NCBI GenBank assembly: GCA_965215975.1
Contig: OZ244136.1
Location: forward strand, 1,556,516 to 1,620,515
From: Dehalococcoidia bacterium
GTDB lineage: Bacteria; Chloroflexota; Dehalococcoidia; Lucifugimonadales; UBA3495
Direction of reading: 5' to 3'
DNA: 64,000 bases
Shown: positions 40,061 to 50,831 of the stretch, one piece after another
How positions within the stretch are numbered: position 1 is the first letter of the stretch
Layout of the letters: every line of letters begins with the position of its first letter
Notes under the pieces: model-generated
What the model was told of the DNA's origin: nothing
Database searches by the model: none
The model's input: the letters and a program-made list of their open reading frames with translations, nothing else
Made by a program: the position numbers and the translations under genes

Positions 40061-40425
40061 CTTGGGTGGCTACCGTCGATATTCACCTGCTTAACCCCTC
40101 CTCTCCCTAAGACCTGTCCCGGGGCTTCATAACTGGCCTCACCCAGATATTCAACACGAGTGGCATGGCCTACTCCCAAGAAAGCCGGGCACTGCTACTC
40201 TGCTTCACCTGAGACTCAAACTGCCTTTCACAGCCGTTACCTTTACATGTATGTTTGGGCGGACTTTCTGGTACAGCATTGGAACCCGCGACATCGGGAA
40301 GGCAAAGCTGTAAGTCACCCATCCCCGTCCTAATCGGTCCCGTCAACTTGCCCTTCAGACCCCGCGCGTCGTAACGGCGACTGTTGCGGCCCTCCTGTAG
40401 TCCGCGTCTACCGGACGCCGCACTG
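40061..40425 (-). ncRNA. Candidate large structured non-coding RNA, family unknown
   Basis: No ORF of 60 aa or more; several nested helices found by eye; strand tentative. Confidence 0.4.
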
Positions 40426-40592
40426 CCGGAAGGTGGGCCCGAGATCTCTCAACACTTGAACGTGCAAGAGTTGGGGAGACCCCGAGAAGCATCGAAGCCT
40501 TGTGGTTGATGATAGAATTTGTCGAACCACGGCATTAGCCTGCGGACATGCAAATTGGATGCAGGATGCCAGCACTTTAAGGAGCATGCTTT

Positions 40593-41690
40593 ATGCCTAA
40601 CAAGATTCGCCTGGGATTTGTGGGTGCCAACGTAAACTCGACCTGGGCTTCCCAATCTCACTTTCCGGCGCTGCTGGCCAGTCCGGACGTTGAGTTTACT
40701 GCGGTCTGCACCACCCGGCCCGAGAGCGCGGAAGAGGCTCGCCAAGCCTTTGGTGCGAAGCTGGCCTTCCACGATTTCAGGGACATGGCTGCGTCGCCAG
40801 AGATAGACGCGGTGGCCGTGGTCGTGCGGGTGCCGTCGCACTACGAGCCAACGAAGGCCGCCATCGAAGCCGGCAAGCACGTCTACACCGAGTGGCCCCT
40901 GGGACGGAACACCGCCGAAGCCGAGGAACTGGCAGCCCTGGCCCGGGCCAAGGGTGTGCAGACCGCAGTGGGTCTGCAATCGCGGGTCAGTCCCGCGCTG
41001 TTGTATGTCAAGGAACAGCTTGAAGCCGGCTATGCGGGCGAGGTGCTGTCTTGTCATGTAACCACCATGCGGGATGGGGCGCTGGAACGTCCTTCCAGCC
41101 GCACCTGGCAGCGCGATGCCAGCCTGGGAGCAAACACCCTGACCATTGCCAACGGACACGTCATTGACGCGTTGCGCTTCGTGGCTGGCAACTTCACGCG
41201 GGTAGCGTGCATGGTCAGCACCCAGGTAAAGCAATTGTACGAGACCGATACCGAGCAGATGGTAGACGTGACCTCCCCGGACAACGTGCGGGTCAGTGGA
41301 CAACTGGAGAGCGGCGCGGCTGCGTCGGTACATGTTGGGGCCGTCCCCTGGGCCGGCAGCGGCTATCGAATGGAGATCTACGGTCGGGAAGGCACACTGG
41401 TCGTCACGGGAAGTGTCTCGTCACAGCGGGGTGAGATGCTGCGAGTGCAGGGAGCGCGGGGAAGTCAAACGTTGCAGGACCTGGATATACCTGAGCGTTT
41501 CGTTTATGTGCCATCCGACTTCCCCAAAGGCGACCCCTTCAACGTGGGGCAGATGTATACCCTGTTCGCCGAGGCAGTCCGGACCGGAGAGAACCGCCTG
41601 CCAGACTTCGATGCAGCCGTTGAACTGCACCGGTTTATTGATACCATCCAAGAGGCGTCGGACACGGGTCGGGAGCTGCCTGTGGGGTGA
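40593..41690 (+). CDS. Gfo/Idh/MocA family oxidoreductase
   Basis: LGFVGA, AGKHVYTEWP, GHVID. Confidence 0.92.
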   Translation: MPNKIRLGFVGANVNSTWASQSHFPALLASPDVEFTAVCTTRPESAEEARQAFGAKLAFHDFRDMAASPEIDAVAVVVRVPSHYEPTKAAIEAGKHVYTEWPLGRNTAEAEELAALARAKGVQTAVGLQSRVSPALLYVKEQLEAGYAGEVLSCHVTTMRDGALERPSSRTWQRDASLGANTLTIANGHVIDALRFVAGNFTRVACMVSTQVKQLYETDTEQMVDVTSPDNVRVSGQLESGAAASVHVGAVPWAGSGYRMEIYGREGTLVVTGSVSSQRGEMLRVQGARGSQTLQDLDIPERFVYVPSDFPKGDPFNVGQMYTLFAEAVRTGENRLPDFDAAVELHRFIDTIQEASDTGRELPVG

Positions 41691-41851
41691 GGCAACATTT
41701 TCCCAAGAAGCGGAAGCGCGCCCGCAACCAATGGTCGAAGGTTGCCCGGTACTTGCGTTAGACCCGTAACATGATGGTAGCCTGGTCCACATCACATTCT
41801 TGAGGATGACCTGTGAGCTGGGCTGGGATCTGTCTCCTTGCCGAGATTCGA

Positions 41852-41904
41852 GGGCCCCGCTACCTATATTCATTGCCAGGCAATGAATATAGGTAGCGGG
41901 GCCC
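41852..41904. repeat. Perfect 26-bp inverted repeat between convergent genes
   Basis: GGGCCCCGCTACCTATATTCATTGCC-A-GGCAATGAATATAGGTAGCGGGGCCC. Confidence 0.85.
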
Positions 41905-41928
41905 ATTACATTTGGCGACTCGGAGTGG

Positions 41929-42690
41929 TCAGGCTTTGGCGGCTACCGGTTCGTGGGTTTTCAGGAAGCGCCGGGCGTGGGCTACGGCCTCGTCGATGTG
42001 CTCCTGGGTGTCTTTCCAGGGGAAAATGGTTGTTTCAGAGTTCGGGGCGAGGCCGGCAACTTCCATGGCGACCTCGTATGGGTGCGCCGGCACATTGTCG
42101 GGTGCGATCAGCAGCGGAGTTTGCAGGTTACGCACGAAATCGCGGGAAACGGTGAAAACGAAGTCGGCGCGGTTGGTGTACATGCTGGTCAGGAAGTCAT
42201 GGACCATTTCCATGGTGACTTCGGGGCGCTTCTCGCAAAGGGGCGGCCCCCAACCAACGATGTTGTTCTGGTAGAAAAGGTCCGGCATCTCCGGCCTGAA
42301 ACCGCTGGGCTGCATCATCGCCGCCGCCACAACACGCTCCGGGGCCAGCCTGAGCAGGTTGTGGATCATCGGCCCGGCGATGCAGAAGCCCATGACCAGG
42401 AACTTGTCGATGCCGAGATGGTCCATCAGTCCAAGCTGGTCGGCAGAGTGGGAATCCCAAGGGCCGTCGACCTCCAGCGGGCCACTGGACTGGCCCCCGT
42501 TGGCATTGCGCAGATCGGCGGCGATACAGCGGAAGTCGTCCTTGTAGGTCTCCAAAGGGTTGAAGGGGTGGGACGTCCGCAAACCTTCCACGGTGGAATT
42601 AAGTCCGCCACCGGGGATTACCAGCAAGGGGAATCCCGAACCGACCTCTTCGTAATAGATACGGGTGGAGCCTCTTTCGTAGAAGGGCAT
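41929..42690 (-). CDS. Alpha/beta hydrolase with Cys nucleophile elbow
   Basis: IYYEEVGSG, GFCIAG, AHP; start set at MPFY. Confidence 0.87.
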   Translation of the reverse strand: MPFYERGSTRIYYEEVGSGFPLLVIPGGGLNSTVEGLRTSHPFNPLETYKDDFRCIAADLRNANGGQSSGPLEVDGPWDSHSADQLGLMDHLGIDKFLVMGFCIAGPMIHNLLRLAPERVVAAAMMQPSGFRPEMPDLFYQNNIVGWGPPLCEKRPEVTMEMVHDFLTSMYTNRADFVFTVSRDFVRNLQTPLLIAPDNVPAHPYEVAMEVAGLAPNSETTIFPWKDTQEHIDEAVAHARRFLKTHEPVAAKA

Positions 42691-43035
42691 GGTGATTTCC
42701 TCCATCAGCGAGTTGTAAAGCTAAATTGGGGCTTGGGGAGCAGGCAGGCCCGAGATTGGGGCACAACGTCCGGAGGCGGAGTGTTGCGCGGGAGCATGCT
42801 TCTACTGCTGCCTGTTACTGCTGCCTGTTCTAAAGTTGACTCTAACCCACGCTGACTTGAGTGGTCAAGAAAACGGCCCGGGCCGGCGAGGTGAAAAAGT
42901 GGGCGCCCGTCGACGGCGGCCCTGCCCCTCAGCCCGCGGCCTCATGAAGCAGGGTATCGGCAAAATCAGCTTCATTCTCTTACCTCTTACCTCTGACCTG
43001 TGGACCAATTGTTCCGATGCTACGCTCCGCGCTTC

Positions 43036-43633
43036 TCTCCCTTAAGGAGAGGGCAGAAATTTTGTTTTTCCCACCATTTCCGCTCATTTCCACCCATTTT
43101 ATAGCTGGAGTGTTGATACCGTCGGCAGGGCTTCTTCCATGCCCAGGGAAGCCACAAGGGTTGCCCTTGGGTTCGGGAAACTTTTGTGGGCACAGGATGA
43201 TCCTGGGCGGGTTTGGGGTGTGCGGTGCCCTGGCCCCCCGACGATATCTCCCAGAATCTCCGAGAGGAAGGGGGAGCAATTTTTTGTATTCCCACCATTT
43301 CCGCTCATTTCCACCCATTTTGTAGCTGGAGTGTTGATACCGTCGGCGGGGCTTCTTCCATGCCCAGGGAAGCCACAAGGGTTGCCCTTGGGTTCGGGAG
43401 ACTTTTGTGGGCACATGATGATCCCTGGGCGGGTTTGGGGTGCCCTGGCCCCCGACCATTTCTCCCAGAGGGAGGGGGCAGAAATTTTTGTTTTCCGCTC
43501 ATTTCCGCTCATTTTGTAGCACAGACCGCTGGCCGCTGGGCAAGCGAAGTAGAGCAGGGTTAGATGAACGGTATAGAGATTATGGTAGTGGGGTGCATTA
43601 CGGACTGACAATGGGCGGGTGTCATCGGTTTCG
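43036..43633 (-). repeat. Leader plus about 2.3 tandem units of ~220 nt (locus B)
   Basis: TTCCCACCATTTCCGCTC recurs with 220-nt spacing; same leader and core as 26671-27085. Confidence 0.85.
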
Positions 43634-43774
43634 ACGCGTGATTTTCCACGAAGGAAGACGAAGAGCCACGAAGGGAGGGCTTATCTATCGGCAGGAGGGT
43701 TCGTTGCTGAGGGCCTAAATGAGATTGCCCAGAGGTTGATTGCAGTCTGTTGGCCCAAATGACGGAATGATTTT

Positions 43775-44047
43775 ATGGATGTAGAGATAACGATAATGGG
43801 AGTCCCTGAAGAAGTTCACGACGAGCTTGCCGCCCGGGCCGCACCTAGAGGCCAGTCAATGCCGGAATACCTGCGGGGCGAATTAGTGATGCTCGCATCC
43901 AAGCCCTCGGTGGAGGTGTGGCTGGAAAGGGTGCAGGAGAGGAAAGCGGCCTACGGGACACAGGTAGCGGATGCTGAAATTCTTGGGGTGCGGGAACAAC
44001 TTCTTTATGGACCGGTATTCCGAGGAGATACCGGAGTTAAGAGTTGA
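43775..44047 (+). CDS. FitA-like ribbon-helix-helix antitoxin, no adjacent toxin
   Basis: ITIMGVPEEVHDELAARAA..GQSMPEYLR. Confidence 0.7.
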   Translation: MDVEITIMGVPEEVHDELAARAAPRGQSMPEYLRGELVMLASKPSVEVWLERVQERKAAYGTQVADAEILGVREQLLYGPVFRGDTGVKS

Positions 44048-44521
44048 AGGAGGTCGCCTCCAACCACACTGTGGACAGCTTCTTGTTCTTGTTTCTGCAT
44101 CCCTGGCGCCAAGGTGGGATGATGGGCCAAAGGGGACACTCCTAGCATACGTGCCGAAACCCCAGAGACTTTGCCATGTATCTGCAGGCAGGTCTTCAGT
44201 TGTCGGAATGGCCCCTCCCTGGAGCACAAGTCTGGTCTGTAGTGAGGCCTTAAAGACACTTCGGACTCGCCACCCAGGGCTGGGAGCCCGTGGTTCCCTG
44301 GCCTTGAACCATAATCACGTGCCGCTATTGACCCTCCTTCAGGCCTCATATACCTTTGTAACTGATACTCTATGACTCCAGGGGGATTTATAGGGCACTT
44401 CTCTTTTTCCCCCACAGAATTTCACCTTCCGGCCAGAATTCACATACCCGTAATTCTGACTGGCTGACTTACCTGAAAATCCCGCCGTTGCTGAGGAATA
44501 AGAATAGAGACTCTGCTTGCA

Positions 44522-46438
44522 TTGGCCGGCGCTGGGACCGATGACAGCATTGGCCTGATCCGCGATTTCGCAATCACCATGGCAGTGGCGGGAATAGCCC
44601 TCCTGGTTTTTCGGGTCATCCACATGCCTCCGGTGTTGGGATACCTGCTGGCCGGCTTAATTGTCGGCCCTTTCACTCTGGCCAGTTTGAACTTTGGTCC
44701 CTTTGAAAACATTCAAGGGCCCGTTCAGAATTTGCAGGCCATCCGGCTGCTAGCTGAACTCGGTCTGGTGCTCCTGTTGTTCGGCATCGGCCTCGAAATC
44801 GGGTGGCAACGAATCCGGCAACTGGGGTTAAAGGTGATTGTCATCGGCACGGTAGAAATGACCATCATGTTTGCCCTTGGATACGAACTGGGTCACTGGC
44901 TTGGCTGGACTCCAGTAGAACGAGTCTTCCTGGGGGCGGCCCTTTCCATCAGCAGTTCGGCAATACTGATCAAGATGCTCCGGGACACCGGAAGCCTGTT
45001 CGAGCCACGGGGCCAGCTGATAGTTGGCATCTTGCTGGTGGAGGACTTCGTTGCGGTTATTCTGCTGACTGTCCTGTCCGGCGTCGCCACCACCGGCAGC
45101 GCCAATCTAAGCGACATAGGAATACTGGCGACCAGGCTGGCCATATTTGCCGTTGCCGTGTTGACCATCGGAGCGCTGCTGGCGCCCCGGCTGATGAACT
45201 ACATAGACCGGTTCGAGTCCGAAGAATTGATTTTGATAGCCAGCCTGACCCTCTGTTTTGGCCTAGCTCTGGCCGCTCACGAATTGGGCCTGTCCGCTGC
45301 CGCCGGCGCTTTCCTGATCGGGATGATTCTCGGGGACACCGAGCATCACGAGCAGATAAGCCGGCTGATGAACCCACTGCGCGATATGTTCGCCGCCCTG
45401 TTCTTTGTGTCTTTGGGCATGTTGATGAACATTTACAGCATAGGAGACTACATTGTCCCTGCCATGGTCATCTCGGTAGTATTCGTGTTGGGAAAGGTGC
45501 TAGCCGACACCCTGGGCACCCTGCTGGCCGGCCAGGACGGGCGGACTGCCTTGCAGGTCGGCACCGGAATGCCCCAACTGGGGGAGTTTTCGCTGGCTAT
45601 GGCCAAGACGGGCGCGGACCAAGGATCGGTGTCCGCCTATTTCAGCCCTGCCTTGACGGTCGCCACAGCCATCACTGCCCTGATTTATCCTTTCATATTC
45701 CGTTCACCAAACGCCTTGGCCAATTTCATCGAGCGTACCTCGCCCCGCTGGCTTCGTCATTTTAGCGCCGTAGTTTTCCTTTGGCTCACGAGTTCCAGGA
45801 GCAGCTTCGTCTTGGGAAGTCGGTTGGCAGGGGAAATAAGACACTTGGTGCAGGGCATAATGCTCAACCTGGGGATTATTGTTGTATTGCTCGGCCTGGG
45901 CGCAATCGGGCTGCAGTTTGGCCAGCAATTGTCTGAATGGACCGGATTGACCATAGGAATCTTGGATCTGGCGATCGGAGGAGTGGTCCTGGCCCTCTGC
46001 ATCCCGTCGGGTGTGGTGATCTGGCGGCACCTGAATGAGCTAACCGAGGAGCTGTTGGGATACTTTCTGCCTCCGTGGCGAAGGGCTCCCGAGAACGTAA
46101 CAAGGCAGACTTTGAAAAGGGTAATGCGAAACAGCCTCGTGATCATATTGATGCTGTTGCCCTTGATATGGATTGCTCCCTTCGCCGTCCATATTTATCT
46201 GTTGGGAGGCGTATTTGCCCCACTGATCGCTATTTTATTGCTGCTGATGATTGCGGTAGTCGCTTTCGCGGCATTCCAGATACACGGGACTTTTGAGGCC
46301 GCTTTTCGCCGTACTTTCCTCGGAACCTCTGAGTACTACAGGTACGACGAACATCAATGGGACTACCTGGCCCCAGATTCACATCTGTATGATCACGACG
46401 GCAACTATTTTGAGCAGTTTGCCGAAGCTGACGATTAG
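44522..46438 (+). CDS. CPA2 family cation:proton antiporter
   Basis: GYLLAG, LLFGIGLE, SISSSA, ILLVED, FFVSLG, QLGEFS. Confidence 0.92.
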   Translation: MAGAGTDDSIGLIRDFAITMAVAGIALLVFRVIHMPPVLGYLLAGLIVGPFTLASLNFGPFENIQGPVQNLQAIRLLAELGLVLLLFGIGLEIGWQRIRQLGLKVIVIGTVEMTIMFALGYELGHWLGWTPVERVFLGAALSISSSAILIKMLRDTGSLFEPRGQLIVGILLVEDFVAVILLTVLSGVATTGSANLSDIGILATRLAIFAVAVLTIGALLAPRLMNYIDRFESEELILIASLTLCFGLALAAHELGLSAAAGAFLIGMILGDTEHHEQISRLMNPLRDMFAALFFVSLGMLMNIYSIGDYIVPAMVISVVFVLGKVLADTLGTLLAGQDGRTALQVGTGMPQLGEFSLAMAKTGADQGSVSAYFSPALTVATAITALIYPFIFRSPNALANFIERTSPRWLRHFSAVVFLWLTSSRSSFVLGSRLAGEIRHLVQGIMLNLGIIVVLLGLGAIGLQFGQQLSEWTGLTIGILDLAIGGVVLALCIPSGVVIWRHLNELTEELLGYFLPPWRRAPENVTRQTLKRVMRNSLVIILMLLPLIWIAPFAVHIYLLGGVFAPLIAILLLLMIAVVAFAAFQIHGTFEAAFRRTFLGTSEYYRYDEHQWDYLAPDSHLYDHDGNYFEQFAEADD

Positions 46439-46515
46439 CTGATATTGATGGGGCCCAATTGGGCAATGTTCCCTTATCGCGAAGAGAAGATCATGCGCAT
46501 TTGCACTTTCCTGCC

Positions 46516-48418
46516 CTAGAAATCTGGCCGGAAAGTGGCGGTGGCCGGGCGGGCGGCTATACTTGGAGTCAACAAGAGTAGCGAGGGCGGAGAATGCTGG
46601 GAGAGCGATCGGACCAGAGGGGTCTCTGGGAAGCGGACCGGTTGTACCTGGACCACGTGGGGCGGGACACCTTCTACGGTCTGCTGGCCTCGCTGCGGGG
46701 CCGGTTGTTCCGAGACGCCGATTTCGCCGAGTTCTACTGCCCGGACAACGGCCGGGACAGCGTGCCGCCCAGCCTGCTGGCGACGGCGCTGCTGCTCCAG
46801 TCCCACGACAAGGTGAGCGACGCCGAGGCCAAGGCCCGGGCTGACTTTGACCTCCGCTGGAAAGTGGCCCTGGGGATTGAGGTGGAGGACCGGCCCTTTG
46901 CCAAGAGCACATTGCAGGTGTTCCGCGCCCAGCTGATCCTGCACGACAAGGTGCGGGAGGTGTTCGAGTCCAGCCTGCGGCTGGCCCGGGAGTCGGGCTA
47001 CCTGAAAAAGCGGAGCATGCGGGTTGCGCTGGACACGACCAACATCCTGGGTCGGGGCGCGGTGAAGGACACCTGCAACCTGTTGGCGGACGGGGTCGTC
47101 AAATTAATGCGTGCGCTGGCAGCAGTGGAGAAGTCTAGCGTCAAAGAATGGGCCAAGGCCCGGGGATACGGGCGGTACCTTGCCTCCAGCATCAAGGGCG
47201 AGGCCGCCATCGACTGGTCGGACCGTAAAGCGCGGCAGGCGCTGCTGGCCGGGATTGTGGCGGACGCGGACCGGCTGTTGGAGTTGTCGCGGCAGGCGCA
47301 GGGGGAGTTGCCCGAGAATGGTGAGGAGCGGCAGCACATCGTGACGGCGGCGGAACTGCTGGGGCAGTTGCTGCTCCAGGACATTGAGCGCAAGAGCGGC
47401 GAGTTGAGATGGCGGCGTGAGCCTCAAGGATGGAGTGAGCCGGGACCGGATGATGTCGGTGCATGATCCGGAGATGCGCCACGGCCACAAGAGCAGCAGC
47501 CGGCGCTTTGACGGGCACAAGGCGGCGATTGTGGTGGATACCGATTCCCAGCTGATCACCGCCGTGGCGGTACTGCCCGGCAACGCTCCGGACAACCTGG
47601 GGGCGCTGGAACTGGTGGAACAGAGCGAGGCCAACACCGGTGTACCGGTGCAGGAGGCCATGGGCGACGCCGCCTATGGGGACGGAGCTACCAGGCAGAC
47701 CTTCGCCGATGCGGGCCGCAAGCTGGTAGCCCGGGTGCCAGGCCGGCCCGACCGGAAGCACTTTCCCAAGGATGACTTTGTCATCGACCTGGCCGCGGGC
47801 AGTTGCACCTGTCCGGCGGGACAGGTCACCCACACCATCGTGCCAGCGGGAAAGCGGACGGATGCCGCGGGGCGGGTATACCGCTGGCAGGCCTTCCAGT
47901 TCGACGGGGCCGAATGCCGGACATGTCCACTGCGGTCCCAGTGCATCGCAGCCAAGGGCAGGAAGGGACGGCGGGTGCTGATCCATCCCCAGGAAGGCCT
48001 CCTGCAGGAGGCACGGGCGTTGCAGCAGAGCGCCGCCTACGACGAATATCGAGCGCGACGCGTGGCGGTGGAACACCGGTTGGCCCGACTGGTCCAGTTG
48101 GGGATTCGGCAGTCCCGCTATTTCGGCAGGGTCAAGACGCGATTCCAGCTGTACCTGGCGGCTACAGTGGCCAACCTGACCCTGGTGGCGGGCAAAAGCG
48201 GGCTGTCGGACAGTGTCGGCGGCGGAGCGGAAGCCCACCGCGTCGTCCTCAGTGCCGTCCGCAGTGATGTCCAGGCTGTTTCCCACGGTGTTGTCGCCAA
48301 TGCTACGGCCATTTTCGGCGCGGTCCGGCTCGGAATACTGTGGACCGTGATTCTGCTCAAGCCGGCTTTACTGCCGAAATCCCTCTCCCCAACCAGGGCT
48401 TTTCGGCCCGGTTTCTAG
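46516..48418 (+). mobile_element. IS1182-family-like insertion sequence
   Basis: Ends CTAGAAATCTGGCCGGAAAG and CTTTTCGGCCCGGTTTCTAG form imperfect IRs with CTAG at both boundaries. Confidence 0.85.
46594..48418 (+). pseudogene. Frameshifted IS1182-type DDE transposase
   Basis: ORF1 has GRDSVPP, STL, LDTT; ORF2 has DPEMR, GHK, GDAAYG, CPAG, RVAVEH; frames switch near 47400-47417. Confidence 0.85.
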
Positions 48419-48850
48419 GCCACGGGAATCGTGTATATGCTGAGCCCTGATGCCAAGTCCTACGACGTAATCCACGAATGCATCTACCCCGCGGCGGCGG
48501 CAGACAATCCCTGGGTTGCGCGAAGCGTTGTCGAGGATATGGCCTCCAGCTCAGGACAGGACCGCATGAACCCGCGCCAATCCCGCGCTCCACGACGGGC
48601 AAGTCGAGTTCACCATGGATTCGCACTTTGGAGAGACTCGCAGGGACTACTTCAGCTATAGAACGCCCGGGGACCATGTATTCACGGCGACGGGGCCGAC
48701 GTGAAGCGGGCGCGGCAGCACGGTATCCCTGACCCTTGAAGACAAGACGGGGCCGTGTGGCTGAGGTGGACGGTGTGGTCGACGTCGATTGTGACTTTGG
48801 CCTACACCAGATGGCGTTCCCAGTAGCACTTTAGAATATTTCCTAATGGG

Positions 48851-49428
48851 GTGATAGAGTGCAGACCGTCAATGCTGAGCAAATTAAATGCGCAGTGGTG
48901 GGTGCGGATCCTTGCTCTTGAGGGCCGACAGGTCTATATAAGGCTTCACCGTCACTGGATGAATTACCTCTTCCAATGTGGGTTGACCGCATTGGCGCTA
49001 TTGATCATTCTGCTAGTCGTGGACGTGCTGCTGCAAGCTGCCATCGCCGTAGCGATTGCATCCACTGCCTTTATTGTTTTTGTGATGCCCCACAGCAGGG
49101 CATCGACTCCCAGGAGAGTTGTGGGTGGCCACGTAGTAGCAGTGATTGTGAGTTCCGGGTTCTCCGTGCTGCATTTCATACCGGTGCTTGGTCCGTATGC
49201 CACAGAGTCTCACTTTGCTGGCGACCTCGTGGCCGTGTTATCGGTCGCCCTGAGCATCTTTTTTATGATCTTAACCAGAACCGAGCACCCGCCCCCGCGG
49301 CAGGCACCGCCCTTGGACTTGTTATCGGTGGATGGACTCTTTCTACGGTCCTGTTCGTGCTCCTGGGAGCGGTCATCCTTGCCATCGCGCATATGATCAT
49401 GCAGCGAAGGCTGACCGACTTGTTTTAA
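48851..49428 (+). pseudogene. HPP family membrane protein, frameshifted
   Basis: ASTAF, PRRVVGGH, TEHPP; expected AAGTALG continues in another frame after a C run near 49292. Confidence 0.8.
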
Positions 49429-49643
49429 CTTCTCTGATCGCTTTGTTGGGGCAGCCTCTTTCCCGGAACCGGCCAAGGACACCGATTGGGGGGCATGCCT
49501 ACACCTTGGGCACTACATCGCGGACATTGTCCCGCTGTTGGGCCGCCGAGTAGCCGGCGGACAAACCGGTCACGAACCAGCCGAAGGCCAGAATCCCCAC
49601 GGCGAACATGGAGTGGCCATCGGTTCTTCCTCCAGAAGTATGT

Positions 49644-50831
49644 TCACTGGTGGGCCCTGCCCTGGTAGGGATGCTCTGCCTCCAGGGGTTCGCCCTGTGC
49701 GAAGCGGTCTGCTCGGAATGCTTCGACAGGGTGATCCTCGCTCTCGCCCTGGAGCACCAGTTCGGCCATCATGCGGCCCACCACCGGTGAGAGCTTGAAG
49801 CCGTGGCCGCTGAATCCTGCCGCCCAGTAAAGTCCCTGTATCGTTGCCGATTCGTCGAGAATCGGGTTGCCATCCGGGGTCATGTCGTAAAGTGACCCGT
49901 AGCCGCCCAGGGGTGTTGTGGCAGCGAAGTCGGGAAAACGGTACCTGGCACGCTCCCAGAAGCGAGTGATGGTGTCATGGTCAGCGTTTAGTCCGTAAGC
50001 GTCCGGATTCACCACCTCGTTCATTTCTTCCGGCGCTTCGCCTCCCAACAGGGTGTGGAAGCCCGCGTTTCTCCGGTAATATGCCCCGCTGGTCTGGTCG
50101 ATTACAGTAGCCGTGAATGCCTCCAGCGTGGGTGGGCGCCGCAGATGGACCATCTGGACGCGGATAGGTGTGATGGGAAGGACCTGGCCCAGAGGCGCGG
50201 CCAACCGGTTAGTCCAGGGGCCGGTGGCAACTACGGCAGCGTTGGTCTCAATCAGCCCTGATTCCGTTTCCACGCCGGCGAGGCGTCCCCCGGAGATCTT
50301 GAACCCGGTGACCGGACAGCCGGTGAGTATTTTTGCGCCGTGGTCGCTGGCCCGTTGGGCGAAGGCATAGGTGGTGGCTATAGAGTCAGCATAACCCGAG
50401 TTTGGCTCGTACGCCCCCAGCGCTACTCCATCGGTGCGCATTTGCGGTACCAGGTCACTGAGTTCAGTGGCTGTCAGGGTTCGGATGTCTACACCCAGGT
50501 CTCGGTTCATGGCCACATTGGCTCGTGCCGCAGCGGCATCGTGCTCGGCGAAGAGCAGGATTCTTCCCGTTTGAATGAACCGGGAATCTCCCCCGTAGAG
50601 GTCTCCGAAATTGTGGAAGGCCTGGCTGGCTTCCATTGCCATCTTAACCAGTATGGGGTGCTGGTAGTGTTCGCGAATCATCGCCCCCGACCGGCCCGTG
50701 GCGCCGCTGGCCAGGTGTCCCCTTTCAACGATGGTCACCTTCCCCGCTCCTTTAAGGGACAGGTGCATGGCGATGCTCGCCCCGATTACACCCCCGCCGA
50801 TGACGACTACGTCCGCTGAGTTTGAAGCCAT
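49644..50831 (-). CDS. FAD-dependent oxidoreductase (DAO/sarcosine oxidase beta-like)
   Basis: IGGGVIG, TPDGNP, GFSGHGFK. Confidence 0.92.
   Translation of the reverse strand: MASNSADVVVIGGGVIGASIAMHLSLKGAGKVTIVERGHLASGATGRSGAMIREHYQHPILVKMAMEASQAFHNFGDLYGGDSRFIQTGRILLFAEHDAAAARANVAMNRDLGVDIRTLTATELSDLVPQMRTDGVALGAYEPNSGYADSIATTYAFAQRASDHGAKILTGCPVTGFKISGGRLAGVETESGLIETNAAVVATGPWTNRLAAPLGQVLPITPIRVQMVHLRRPPTLEAFTATVIDQTSGAYYRRNAGFHTLLGGEAPEEMNEVVNPDAYGLNADHDTITRFWERARYRFPDFAATTPLGGYGSLYDMTPDGNPILDESATIQGLYWAAGFSGHGFKLSPVVGRMMAELVLQGESEDHPVEAFRADRFAQGEPLEAEHPYQGRAHQ

Noticed and set aside
40061-40425. RNase P RNA or group II intron
   Set aside because: GAAAGTCC and a GTGCG start occur, but the RNase P 3' motif AGAACCCGGCTTA and intron domain V are absent
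42980-43611. ORFs overlapping repeat locus B (and 26619-27190)
   Set aside because: Open in several frames on both strands with frame-breaking indels between units and no RBS
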